64,000 nucleotides of DNA. It comes from Podarcis cretensis. Taxonomy: Eukaryota. Positions 49,809 through 62,480 of the stretch are shown in pieces. The first letter of the stretch is position 1; the number at the start of each line of letters is the position of its first letter. The stretch is from NCBI GenBank assembly GCA_951804945.1, contig OX638149.1:109554001-109618000 (forward strand), read 5' to 3'. The notes beneath the pieces were generated by a model. It ran no database searches, had not been told where the DNA came from, and worked only from the letters and a program-made list of their open reading frames with translations. Made by a program: the position numbers and the translations under genes.

Positions 49809-52800
49809 TGCATTAGGCACAAAGGGAAGGATCTTTCCATATCTCCATTTCCCAGACCAGAGAATAGGATAAGTGCACACAGATCTGCTAATCAGCTGAG
49901 GTACCTCACTTTCTAACTAGTATCTTTTTTTGCCACCCAGAAAGTAAGAAAGTGTGACTGATTCACTGCTGCACACCAATCTCTTTGTGGCCCTTCAGTA
50001 ATCCAAGATCCAGCAAGGAGAAGATTCATAGATCTGCAGCCCTGCCCATCAGTGGCTGTTGTTTGGAGGGAGGAGAAAAAAGAGTTTAATTCCCAACTGC
50101 ATCCATGTCCTCCTTTTTTAAGGACAGCCAGTGGGAGACATGGTGCAGTGAGAAGATGATGTTGAAGCAAATACCGGTATCTGTGCTAGTGGGGACAAAC
50201 AATGCATTTGTGCATAAAACTCAACACTGAAAACTTTCTTCCCCGTGTTCTTCTGATAGAATGAGGATCTTGCCAGTTCAAAGACATGTGCATACTTCGT
50301 GAGTAAGAAGAGGTGGGTGCCATGCCACTAAAGGTGCAGCATTATGGGGCTTAACTGTAAGATTACTACACCAATCCATTAAGAACAGTAGCAAGATTGG
50401 CAATGGTGATCATTATGATTAGGGTTACTTACTCAGTTGAAACTAGCAACATGTTAGCCCAAATGGAATGCACATTCTCTGCACCATGATCTCCTCTACA
50501 CAAAATACTCAGTCATGACTTGAAGGAACAAGATCTTATTGATGGGGCTCACAAGAATGGAAATAGCACAGAAAGCGGAGGAAACTGTCAGTTAGGTCTT
50601 CTGTGCTCTTCTTGCCAATAAAGCATTTAAATCTTGCTACATGCATCTTTCCTCATATCAACTGAAAAAATCAGTGGTACCAAGCCAAGCTGCCATTGTT
50701 TTTGGCATACATTTTAAAACCTGCTTTGCTGGTTTCCCATACTTATGGCTAAGTTTGTAACAAATATTCAAGTGTATATCTTAATTTTGCTTACTTTAAC
50801 TTTTTACATGCCACTTTTTCAGCTGTTATGAGTGGCCAAAATCAGCTTAGAGCTAAACTACTTGAATGTAATAATGATAAGCAGGTAAGAAGCAATGCAG
50901 CATGTATAATATTCCAAAGAAGAAATGGGAAAGCAAAGTACATTGACAAACACCAGCTGGGCATATAAGCCTGCTGATACAAACCAGTTTTCACTGCCAT
51001 AGTAGGAGCCAAACCATAATCAAGGGCAATGTGTTTCATAATCTGGAAATTACTATGGCCCTCTTTGGCATCACCACCAACTAAGCCTCTTACTTGTATT
51101 ATAGACGGCAAGAGAGACCTGTAACAATGGCAATGAGAAGTGCTCTTCATAAGGGTTCTAGGTAGTCAAGCAACAATACCTTCTTTCAGGATACACCATT
51201 TCATAGTAACTACTATCGCAGAACTATGCATTCATGAAATTGCGAGGCAAATGAGGAAAACCTAAGGTTATTAATTTAGTTACCCAAGCAGAAATGAAGA
51301 CAATCCATCTAATTAAACAATGATGTAGAAATACCTGCAAGCTTATTGGTGCTACTCAAATTTACAAAAAATAGGCTACATGTGTAGCAGAAAAGCTTAT
51401 TTCTGGACTGTTACATCTAAATGTTTTGCACATAAAGCCATCAACTCAGCTACCTCTTGGATTAAGCTGGAACTACAAAAAAAGAGTTTTGCTTCCTTGG
51501 TGCTAAAGTGTTCAACTTTCTAAGGCTAAATGTGCATCTTTCTGAAGTTCAAGTAGGGTTATAAAGGCATAATTCCAAAAGATTTACAGTCTCTTTGGTT
51601 CATGTATCACAAAGCTAGTCTTTAAGAGACTGTGGTCCATTATTACATCAATCCTGGAAGAGGACTGTGATCTGCAGCCGTAATTATATCACTAATTTTA
51701 TTATCATAAGAACAGCTGCTTTTCTAATTGCAGTTTGGTTTAATGTCTATGTGTGGCAGCCATAACAGCAACATTATAGGAAGAGGAAGAACTTGAGCAA
51801 AAACTTTGTTTCTGATTTTTTATTACATATGCTTGCCAGGATTTTTAAAAAGAAACAAATCAAATAGATTTTGAATAGAATATTCAAAGCTAGATATGTC
51901 AACCATGTTTCAGCAGCAGGAGGGCCACTTAAGAACAGAACACCACTTAATACTAAAAAAGAGAGAAATGTGAAGGAAAAAAAAAGTTTTCTTTTGGAGT
52001 ATCTCCAACCAATGGACTCCTGACACAGGCACACTGGTAAGTTACACTGCTTCTTACAGTGTGGGGTTGTAAAGATAACAGAGGACATCAGGTTTTAGCA
52101 GCAGTCTGGTGTTTTTACCACAAACGGTTTTGCTCTATGGTGGTGAACCTGTGGCCCTTCAGATATTGTTGGACTCCAACTCCCATCAGCCCCAGCAAGG
52201 ATTGTCAGGGATGATGGGAGCTGAAGTTCAACATCACCATCTCTATTCTATGACACCCAACTATAGAATGAATGGGGGCCAGCCAAGAAAAGGCCATCAT
52301 CACAAAAAAAGTGCTATGCATAAGAATTCCTATCCTTGGATCAAAGTACAACATGTTCTTAAGTTCTGAACCATGGGACTTATATAGGTATTCACCTCAT
52401 CCATCCATCCCCCTGGGAAGCATTTGTATGATAATTTGAAAATGCAAAACACTAGCTGCAAATCACCTCAACAAAAAGTCCCATTGAGTACAATCCTCAA
52501 ATCATTCTCTCAAAGAGCAGGGGGAGGACTTGGCTGTCCTAAAGCAAAACAACACTGGTACATTTGTGTTTCAAAATAGGGCAACCTATTGAAAACAGAG
52601 TCCTGTCTCCCCACTTTCAGCAAGAGCTCCACTAATGCCATCTGAAAACACCTGCTCTCCCAAGCGAGTGTTTGACATACACTATACAGAAGTCTGTTCC
52701 AATCTGGCAGGAAAAGCACAAGCTGTACACCCGTTAGAAAGAACAGATGAATAGAGGTGAGGAATAGAAGATACCCAAAGAGGAAACAGACTGGCAACAA

Positions 52801-53179
52801 GAAATGGTCTCCCCAGCAAAAGTACTTTCCCCACATTAATCTGTTAAAAAAGCACCCAAAGCAGCACAAAAAAGAATGCAAACATTATAACTTTACTGCT
52901 ACAAATAAGGAGGTAAAAAACACAACATGCCTGTAATTAGATAAGAGCTCTCTCAAGCAACTTCCCAAAAGAAGTTCTTCCCAAAAGAAGAAAATAATCA
53001 TCAGAATACAAACATGTTCAAGTTTATCACTGCCAGTAGCACTATGCCAAAACTGAGATGAATGCAGTGGACGAAGCAAGAAGGGGCAGAAACAAATGGA
53101 CACAGAACTAAGAGCGACACAAATATAGCAAAAGCTCCTTCTGAAAACGGAAGAAGAATCCAGAACAGAAATACAAATG

Positions 53180-53348
53180 CAGTGGCGAAGCGTGGGTTGT
53201 CAGCACCCGGGGCAAGGCAAGTAATTTGCGCCCCCTAACCCGTGGATTTGCGGCCCCTAACCCGTGGATTTGCGCCCCCTAACCCTAACCCCCAGATGTT
53301 GCGCCCGGTGCGGCTGGCCCCCCCTGCACCCCCCACGCTACGCCACTG
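53180..53348. mobile_element. hAT-type MITE (169 bp) with an internal CCCTAA-containing 22-bp minisatellite
   Basis: TIRs cagtggcgaagcgtggg / cccacgctacgccactg (16/17 match); perfect 8-bp TSD TACAAATG at 53172-53179 and 53349-53356. Confidence 0.9.
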
Positions 53349-54408
53349 TACAAATGAACAGTTTAGGTGTAATTTTTAAAGTCAAACTGGAAAGATTTGT
53401 ATCACTTTGCCCCTCTTGCCAAGTACAGGGTGCTGTGGTATCAAACCACTTTGTATGTTATTGCTGCTAAAAGCACATTAATAAGGCAGGGAACAACATT
53501 GTCCAAAGAGAAATTTAGCGGGAAGAACTTGGCTTGTGCTTAACTTTCCACAATCCATAAAATTAATACAGTGACTAGCTGGCAAAGGCCAGCTAGTTTT
53601 TATCTTCTTGAACCATTTGCTTCTAGTTGTTCAGGACCATGTTGAAAGAAGTTAGCTTTCATAGACCCACATATGTTGCCTGCAGTGACCCAAGCCTCAT
53701 GCACCTATCTGGATATCTTTTGTTAGAGAAATCTGGGCCTGTTCTATCTACACAGTTGCCACTTGATTCAGTGATAAACTTAAAGGGTTGGATCCAAATA
53801 ACTGTGAGTGGAAGGTAAACAGCCACTAGCACTGCTCCACAAATGCCCATCCAAGAACTTGAATATATAGTGCTATAATATGTAGGTTCTCTTATAGTTG
53901 TTATGCTTCCAAGTTCACAAGCTTTTGTGCTTATACAAAAGAACGTAATTGGATTTAGTCAAACTTTTTTTTCGTACAGCACTGTAGTATGAGGTGTAAA
54001 AGACATCCCTCCAATAAGGAGAATATACATTCTTGCATATGAGGCACAATATCCTAAAAAAGACCCCAACACAATATCCTAAAAAAGAACAGCACAAATA
54101 TTTTACTAGTTTTTATTCAAATGATTTCTGCAAAGCTAACAGCATCCCTCTTAAAGTTTGCAAACAACAGCCTTATATTTATATTTATATACGAGGAAGA
54201 AGTTTTTGCAAGTGAACAGCTCCATAACACAAGTTGCTGTACAGCATACAGGTGATGCATATGGGCAACTTCAACCATTTTGACTTACTACGCTTCAGTA
54301 TTCATTTATTTATTTATTTAGGGGTTGTTTGCATGCCCTGCACAAAATCACTTAAAGCACCTTCTCACTTTAGCAACATATCCCTCAATTTTCAAAATGT
54401 ATACTTAC

Positions 54409-54584
54409 GGTTGGCATAGTTTTACTAAGTCCTGGTCAGTGGTGTTTGGTGGCAGACCTCGGATATAAAGATTTGTTTTGCTTAATTGATCCCATCCTGA
54501 GTTGCTGCTGCTGCTGTTGTTGCTATTGCTGCTGGTGATGATGGGGCTAGGAGGAGCCATTGGATGGGCAGGCACAATGGGCTG
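54409..54584 (-). CDS. RBMS1: RBMS1 exon 2 (176 nt): [59 protein letters not shown]
   Basis: Acceptor ttgctttatttttcag|CAG, donor CC|gtaagt; encodes the start of RRM1 (RNP2 LYIRGL). Confidence 0.96.
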
Positions 54585-55343
54585 CTGAAAAATAAAGCAA
54601 GAACAGAGGAGCTCATTTAGGACATACAGTATGAACCGCACAGCACCTTGATTCATCCTGGGAAAAGTTCTGATGCTATTACTCCGTGGTACAAATATCC
54701 CTGCTTCCACAGCACCTTGGAAGCCTACAGAGCAAGTCACTCAAAGCATGCAAGGAGACGACACACATATTATGGTGCAAATACATCATATTGCCCTTTC
54801 ACAGGATGGCATATAGTACAAGGTAGAATGTTTCTCTTTAAACAGACAAGCACAACTGAAGATGTAGAGAACATAAACTTCTTATCATCAGCATGTCTCT
54901 CTTTGACCAGGCTAAAGCCTCCAACTTAAAATAAGGCTGTCAAATCAGCATGAGCTGACTATATCTACAGCTTGTGTCTACCCTAAACATACTGCACTAT
55001 GTCATATCATGGAAAGTTATCCACTCCTTTGTGCAGGGGTAAGGGAGAAGAAATCTTTCAGGTAGAGGCAATGTATATGCTTGGTGATGTATTATTTAAG
55101 TTCAAACACACTGAATGGCTTAGTCCTCATTGAAAATATGTACATAACTGAATTTACAACAATTATTCTTTATTAATTTACTTCTCCTTTTTGTTACTGC
55201 TCTGCGGCTTCCTCACTCACCCATCAAGATCTAGCTGTAAGCTCCTTGAAGCAAGAGTTGACATTTTTAGTTCTGTTGCATTGAACTATGTACATTTATG
55301 GCATCCATTATTGTAAGTGTACTGGATTACCAACCATAGAGAA

Positions 55344-55596
55344 CAGGGGTCAGCAAACTTTTTCAGCAGGGGGCTGGTCCACTGTCCCTCAGACCTTGGA
55401 GGGGGGCAGACTATATTTTTTTTGGGGGGGGGGGGAAGGAATTCCTATGCCCCACAAATAACCCAGAGATACATTTTAAGTAAAAGGATACATTCTACTC
55501 ATGTAAAAACATGCTGATTCCCGGACCGTCCGCGGGCCGGATTGAGAAAGCGACTGGGCCGCATCCAGCCCCCAGGCCTTGGTTTGCTTACCCCTG
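55344..55596. mobile_element. hAT MITE (253 bp)
   Basis: TIRs caggggtcagcaaac / gtttgcttacccctg; TSD atagagaa / atatagaa (7/8). Confidence 0.85.
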
Positions 55597-57236
55597 ATAT
55601 AGAATAACAAGTCTTGCTGAAGCAAAACCAGCATGGCTTTTGCAAGGGTAATCTGCCCTGCCTCCTGGATATGGAGAAAATTCTTAGCAACAGCTAGCCA
55701 AAGTTATGGAGTAAGCTGGTTAGCATATGTCTATGTTGTTTTCTTCTGTTGGATTCTGGACCTCATAATCTGTTTACTCCAAATAGGTTTAAGCTTCAAA
55801 GTTAGTAATATGCTTCTTCTATGTTTTCTCTGGTCAGAATAATCATCCCAGCAGCAAAGCCAGAAAGAACAATCTCTCTGTTAACAAATATATTAGCTGG
55901 TAGCAGTGAAAACCCCGATATAAGAACTGATTCCCTTGTTTCTGACTGTTACCACACATGTCCTCAAGGTCTGGGTTTGAGTAATACTAGAGTGACTTTC
56001 CTCCCCCAAACTCAAATACTATGTTAAATGCATAAAATCAGGTCAGAGGCTGTACTGGACCTTAACTATATAGTTACAGTTTTCATAGTGTCATATTTCT
56101 AATATTCTGTTGTGATGTATATAAGCAGAACTACACAATTATATTATTAGCCAACTTTTTCATAGTTCCTGTGATGTTTGCTTTCATGCTCTTTTAAGGA
56201 TACATATATTTTAAACAGTTGAATAAAATATACAATGCAATATGAATGTGAATGATCTTCACACCCACAGACAAGAAGAGCAGGCATCAAATTAGGTCAT
56301 ATTTTCTGCATGTGTTCCTAGTTATAAAATTAACTTGGATTTTTAATGTTGAAACAAAGAATGTATATATAAACCACTCAGCATATTAAAGGCAACCACT
56401 ATTTCTACAGCAAATATTTATATTACCAAATGAGGGAAAACGTTTAGAGGACGAGCCAAATGTTCCAACCAAAATTAAGCAGTTTTAAGCTCAAAGGAAA
56501 GAGTAAAGAAGATGCATAAATCACTCCGACTTAAATGAATGAAACCAAGAGTTTGACTTGAGTTGGACTGTGCCCTAGACTTGAGATCTTCAAAAACACT
56601 GGTGCTTGGAAGTCTAAGCCAGCTGCACAGACAAAGCATGAAAGTTTGGCAATGGAAAAACTGAAAGTCTTAATTCCAAGGGTACCAAACACAAGTTCAT
56701 AAGTACTGTTTTCAACAATGTTTAGGTACTGTCTGAAGCCTGAAAAGACCTAGTGGCTTAGTGCTTTGCCCTAAGAGAGGAGACTATAAATTGTGTTAAA
56801 AATGACATATTTCAACTCAATTAAATGCTTATGGACACTATGGGCAGAATAGCTCCACTGGTGGAAGCCTGCACACGGGCTTCCATTAGTGCAATGGGGC
56901 TTCCCCTGGTTTCCTCAACTTGTACCCAAGACGCCCCCCCCCCAAAAAAAATGGCTTGGGAGAACTCTCAGAGTAGTGTATGTTGGAATGGGGGATCATT
57001 CCATCTGGCAAGCTGAAAAGTGTGTGCTGACAGAATGATTGTTGTAACTGCTATGCTGAATTTCTCCCAGGGCTACTTAAAATTTGAGAAACACTGATAT
57101 ATGCACCTAAAGCTAAAGCATCCTATGGACATTTCTATGGCATATACTGTACAAATAGCAGCTGAAAGCCAATTACTTTGATAATTGAACCCAAGTAAGT
57201 GGGATGAAGAATAAGAAATTAGAACCAGTTTCTACT

Positions 57237-57330
57237 GTAAAAAGGTAAAGGGACCCCTGACCATTAGGTCCAGTCACGGACGACTCTGGGGTTGCGGCAC
57301 TTTACTGGCCGAGGGAGCTGGGATACAGCC
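57237..57330 (-). mobile_element. 5'-truncated Sauria SINE (3' end only)
   Basis: aaaggtaaagggacccctgaccattaggtccagtc...actctggggttgcggc, nearly identical to ~8659-8720. Confidence 0.85.
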
Positions 57331-58002
57331 CTACTCAATTGTTGAAGTGGGCATGGAAATTTCTAATACTGCAGACACATCTCCCCGCCTTTCCACAGCA
57401 CAGCAGTCAGCCATACATTTCATTTTTAAATATCTCAAGAAATATTTGTAGCCATGGGATGGTGGTTGGAATGTCATAACACGGTTTCATTAAGATGAAA
57501 GAATTTTGTTCCAAAAAATCATCTACAAAGAGATATACAAAGTAAATCTGAGTCCTGTTTCAACACTAGTGAGGCCGATTTGCAGAAGAGCCTTATCCAA
57601 AATAACATGTGCAATCAATTGGAGGATGGGAGCATTAGGACACACAATAGGGCAGGAGTGGGAAGACTCTGTCAATATTATCCTATATTATCCCAAGTCC
57701 CACTTTGTGGAAAGCGCCTAGTTAATATTGGTGAACTGCATAATCAAGGAAAAGGAGTCATCTGCATGGTGCAGCAGCCCCTTGGTACTGCAGCAAGAGT
57801 CCGCTAACCACCGCTGGGCACTGCTGGTAGAGGGACTCGCTCCACCATCAGTGTCCAGCACATAGAAGAACAAGCTGCATGACACTGGGGCAAATGCAGC
57901 TCATTTTCCCCTCTGTGCACTGCCGGGTCAGGACCAATGCAGCTCCTTCCTCTGCCTAACAGTTATCTTGTCCAGTACACATTTTACTGGCTTCCCTGAA
58001 AT

Positions 58003-58044
58003 ATGAGGGATTTTGTCAAAAGCCTTCATGAAATCAAGATACAA
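58003..58044 (-). mobile_element. Small CR1 reverse-transcriptase remnant
   Basis: Minus strand translates LYLDFMKAFDKIPH (YLDFxKAFD RT motif). Confidence 0.55.
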
Positions 58045-58138
58045 CCCTCTAGCTTCTGATGAGAAAAAGAAAACTTCTCCTTTTACATAGGGGCATTGCT
58101 ACAATTAGGGGCCAAAGCAGATAGTGAGGCAGCTGTAT

Positions 58139-58417
58139 AGATCCAGCGCCGAGGGCCTTCTGGCGGTTTCCTCATTGCGAAAAGTGAGGTTACAGGGAAC
58201 CAGACAGAGGGCCTTCTTGGTAGTGGCGGCCGCCCTGTGGAACGCCCTCCCTTCGGATGTGAAGGAAATAAGCAGCTATCCTATCTTTAAAAGACATCTG
58301 AAGGCAGCCCTGTTTAGGGAAGTTTTTAATATTTAATGCCCTATTGTTTTTAACACTTGATTGGGAGCCACCCAGAGTGGCTGGGGAGACTCAGCCAGAT
58401 GGGCGGGGTAAAAATAA

Positions 58418-58462
<45 letters not shown>
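58139..58462 (+). mobile_element. L2-clade LINE 3' end with (TTA)n tail
   Basis: Translates ...RQRAFLVVAAALWNALPSDVKEISSYPIFKRHLKAALFREVFN (L2-type C-terminal RAFxxxAPxLWNxLP...FKxxLK motif), then a 3'UTR and (TTA)~14. Confidence 0.85.
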
Positions 58463-61315
58463 TAAATACAGACCTTCCCTCCCACAAAGTGTAGGTAACC
58501 CCTTGCCCTAGAACCTTATTTTATGCAGGTCATTGAGGAAAAAGGGGGGAGGGGGATGACAGAAGAGAGAAACGGATTTTGACTCTGCCGACCACCATGG
58601 TGCAGCCGCCAACAGATTCTATTAGAAGTAGCATGACCCACAGCAAAGATTGCCTGATCCTGTTGTGGAATGGGTGCTGGATTTTAGAGCCATGTACCCA
58701 GGGAGGACACACCCTTCTTCAACAATGCAGTGGCTCAGCTCCCTTCATTTTTCTCCTAGCAGGGAATCAGATGCCAAAAGTGATCCTGGTTGAGCGAAAA
58801 ATTATCAAGACAGCCAAGCTGCAGTGACATAAACCTCAGGAGGGGGATGGTTCAGCTCTCCTAATCTGGACAACCCTTTTGCTTAAGACACATGCCCCCT
58901 TTTAAACTATTGAGGAGGACCATGTTATGTTTAAACACACAGGACTGCCCTAGTTTGGCCTTTGAACAGAAGCAGCCTGTCTTAAGGATGCATCTTCCTA
59001 TACAAGACATGCAATGCAATCCTATGCTTATTTGCTTAGAGGTTTTACAGTGCTATCCTATGCATAACTTGCTTGGAAGTAAGTCTCATTGGTCTAAATG
59101 AAGTCAACTTCCTACCAGTGTTAGAAACTCAGATAAATAATTTAATCGCCAAATGGCACCTTAAGCCTAGGGTTATGGTCGCCACAATGAAATGTCTAGG
59201 CACAGGTTGTTGGGGTTTTTTTGCGATTGAAACTACTATTACTATTACTATTATTATTATTTATTTTCATTTCTATACTGCTTTATACTTTAAAGAGCAA
59301 ATCTTTAGAACACATTAAAACAGAAAATAAAACAATCCAGAACAAAAGAAATTCAAGCTTCAAGGTAAATATTTCAGATCCTTCTCTAAGTGAATTTTTG
59401 CTTTCCCCAGTCGTCAACTTGGCATCCAGGGATTGCCACATGATTGCAATTGGACCTATGCCAGTCACAAAATGTGCCTGGTGCCTGGCTAGTTTCTAGC
59501 ACTGCTTCCTACATAGGGTGCACAAGATTGTCACTCTGTACCCTGAACTGTGGTCTAGAGGTCTAACAATATTCTCGGCATGCTTCACAGTATGCCATTC
59601 ATTTCCAGGGTTTTAAAGCCACAGCAGTTAAAAATGTAAGAAAACCATCACACATTTGTAGTAAAGCTAAGACCTCAGACACAATTATGCTCTGTATACC
59701 TAACCTGCAATAGATGTTAGGAGGATGCGCCAGACTTAACTTGTCACTAGAGTGAGGCCACCTTCTTCCAAAAAGAAAGAAGGCAATGTTAGATGTCCAG
59801 ATGTAATAGATTCACTAAGTTAGCCAAGTTAATTAGCCAATGATTTATGGCTCCTGCCCCTTACTAGGGAATTAAATCTGAAATGTTGCATACTAGCATG
59901 GACAGATAGCAATCTACCATTCTCCAAAGCAAATGCTAGTTTATTACATTTAATAAGCTGAATATAAAGGCTAATTGTATTTTCTTAACTTTGGTAAGGA
60001 GATTGTTTTCAGTACCCAAGTAATCTAATATATGATTTGGTTGAAGGAGAGTCTGCACTATGAGGAAATCGTCTCAGAATGAAGTACTAGCTGAATATTT
60101 GGATGATCTGAACAATCTTGCCATTGGCATTCAGCTTGCGACAAGGAATTAAACGTGAAGTATCAGCTTTAATCCACTTAACTGCCGTGCCTTTCATTAA
60201 GCCAGTGTCTTGACGTATAAAGACCAGCAGGTGTAGTTTTAAAATATAAGATGAGATGAAACGTTTTGCCCAAGATACCTAAATTAGTGTGAGTGTCTGC
60301 ACGTCCAAAATGCCTCTGAATTTGAGAACAAAGGTCTGAAGTAAAGTAGTAATTGCCCTTCACTTAAATGCTGCTTGGTATGAAACTAAGGGTTTTGAAA
60401 TATAGCTTGAGTTAACACGTGGGCAGCAGAGGTGTGGTTTTTCAAAAGCTTCATGGCAAAGTGAGACCTTAAGCATGGGTTGCCCCACACTTCATCCTGC
60501 GCTCTAACCACTACAATTCACAGTAACTACTTCCTGCTAGAAAGCATTTTTAAGAACTGAAAGAAGTAGTAACAACTTTACTCTAGTAACTTTTTATCCA
60601 ATTGTTCTGATGCAGATTTCAAGTGTTGTTTTTTTTAAAAAAAATGTTTTGGGGTTGTTGGTTTGTTTTAAAAATAGAGGAGGAGGAGCAGCAGCAGCAC
60701 CCCCCTTTAGCGTCTACTTATGAGGCAGTGTTTACATTAGGGCTGAAAGGTTTAACACGTTTAAAGATAAACCAACTAAATCCTTAACCACAGATATGCC
60801 AAGCACCCTCGTTGTCCAAGGACAGACTACCACATTAGATACTCACTAGTATGGAACTAAGTGGAACCTGTGTGAGCAGAAAGCACTCCTGTGTTTTATT
60901 TATTTGTCCAAGTTTTTTCATGTTCTTTTCCTGATTTCCATAGGCTCATGTCTCCTCTCCCTGCAGCAGCAGCCTCATATGTGAGTGCAGAGTGGAGAAA
61001 ATCCCTGTGTTGTGAGTTGAAAGCCACTCGTGATTTATAGGATTCCAATTCAGTTGCCCCCTGTACCTCACAGTCCATGCTTTATTAAGCTGTCACCTAG
61101 CACAGCTTCAAATTATTAGAAATTATTTTATTTGTATTTGGCTCATTTAGAAAAAAAGGTGTAAACCATTTAATTAAAAAAACTAAGCTGTGTACATAAA
61201 ATAATATAAAACACCACCACCAGATAAAATTAGCAAAGTTTTTTTAAAAACAAAACAAAACAAAACAGGTACACATCACCAAATATTCTAATTGACCAGC
61301 TTCTAGAGAGCATAG

Positions 61316-61405
61316 TAGTCACATTAGTCTGCTTCAGCCTTGTTATATCTTAAAGACTAATGGATTTATTATGGCAGAAGCTCTTGTGGACTACAGTCTA
61401 CTTGT
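61316..61405. mobile_element. Possible Penelope-like element terminal remnant
   Basis: cttaaagactaatggatttattatggcagaagctcttgtggactacagtctactt resembles recalled reptile Penelope ends. Confidence 0.35.
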
Positions 61406-62348
61406 AGAATTCCCACTGCTACTGGGAGCAATTTGAAGCACTCTCCACTTGGCAGGTGTTGCAAATTCAATGGTCACCAAGAAAGGGGAGGTTTGCGTGC
61501 CATGCTGTTAATTATGGCTCATAATTATGAAGGGAAAACCAGGAAGAGATGAACATGGTACCTAATAGTAAAACAGAATTTTCAAAATTTCAAAGGAATT
61601 GTATGGCTTGGATACAGAGTTCCTGATGAGTAGAACTTTGCTTGTGGAATGCTGCTGGAGGATGGGGCAGAAGATTTTCAGTGAGTCCTCTTGCAGTACC
61701 CTGTAAAACCTTATTATCCATAGGGTTGAGCAACTCTTAGGAACAGAGTGAGAGATGGTGTACAGGCCTCAGGGGGGTATGGTGTGTGTGTGTGTGTGGG
61801 GGGTGAATGGCCTCTCTTGTCTTCTTCCCCTGGGAATTGCTGCTGGATCTCAACCTCTTCTGTTCATAGAAGGGACATTTGCCAGCCTTGAGGGTTTATT
61901 TAAAGAGATTGAGTCTAAGGCTGCAATTCTATCTCCAATTACCTGGGAGTATGTCCCACTGAATTAAGTAGATATGTTTCTGAAAAGATATGGTTAGGAT
62001 TTCCCTGTAAGATGGCTAGCAAAACACAAATAAAAACACTCTTAAAATGCTAACATCAAATACCGTTTAAAAACTAACGCCAACAATAAAAACAGCAGAT
62101 TAAAAACCAGAAGGAAAGCAGCCACAACACAAGACAAACAGCAGAAATAAAAGTATTCATTAAAGGAGAAAATAAATATGCCTTAAATAGTGCTTACTGC
62201 ACCACAAAATTTGGTGCCACCTGAGGGTCCCTGGGGATGGCACAACCAGGGTTGCCATTTTTGCTGGTGGCAACACTTCCAGGGGGGCCTTGGATTCAGA
62301 TCTTAATAATCAAGCAAGCTCTATGCAGATACTGCATATTAACAACAG

Positions 62349-62480
62349 TATTGTAGAGTTGGAAGGGACCACAAGAGTCATCTTGTCCAATCCCCTGCAA
62401 TGCAGGAACCTTTTTGTCCAACATGGGGCTTGAACCCATGACTCTGGATTTGAATATTGCATGCTCTGCCAACTGAGCTA
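62349..62480 (-). mobile_element. Short tRNA-derived SINE with CR1-like tail (Squam2-like)
   Basis: Minus strand TAGCTCAGTTGGCAGAGC...GGGTTCAAGCCCC (A/B boxes), then GGGGATTGGACAAGATGACTCTTGTGGTCCCTTCCAACTCTACAA. Confidence 0.8.

Larger units (their letters stand above)
3880..54584 (-). other. RBMS1: RBMS1 gene, exons 2-14 (5'-partial; exon 1 lies beyond 64000)
   Basis: Twelve GT-AG coding exons join in frame to 379 aa: two RRMs (RNP2 LYIRGL/LYISNL, RNP1 KGYGFVDF/RGVGFARM) and a C-terminus ...[15 protein letters not shown], typical of RBMS1 rather than RBMS2/3. Exon sizes 176/59/92/158/80/116/50/94/45/111/81/85 match the recalled mammalian layout except exon 10. Confidence 0.96.

Noticed and set aside
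53224-53292. CRISPR-like or true interstitial telomere array
   Set aside because: Units are head-to-tail with no spacers, inside a eukaryotic MITE, and there are at most two consecutive CCCTAA.
62410-62480. tRNA gene (also the head at ~8935-9009)
   Set aside because: A/B boxes are present, but the cloverleaf is degenerate and fused to a LINE-derived tail, so these are SINE heads.
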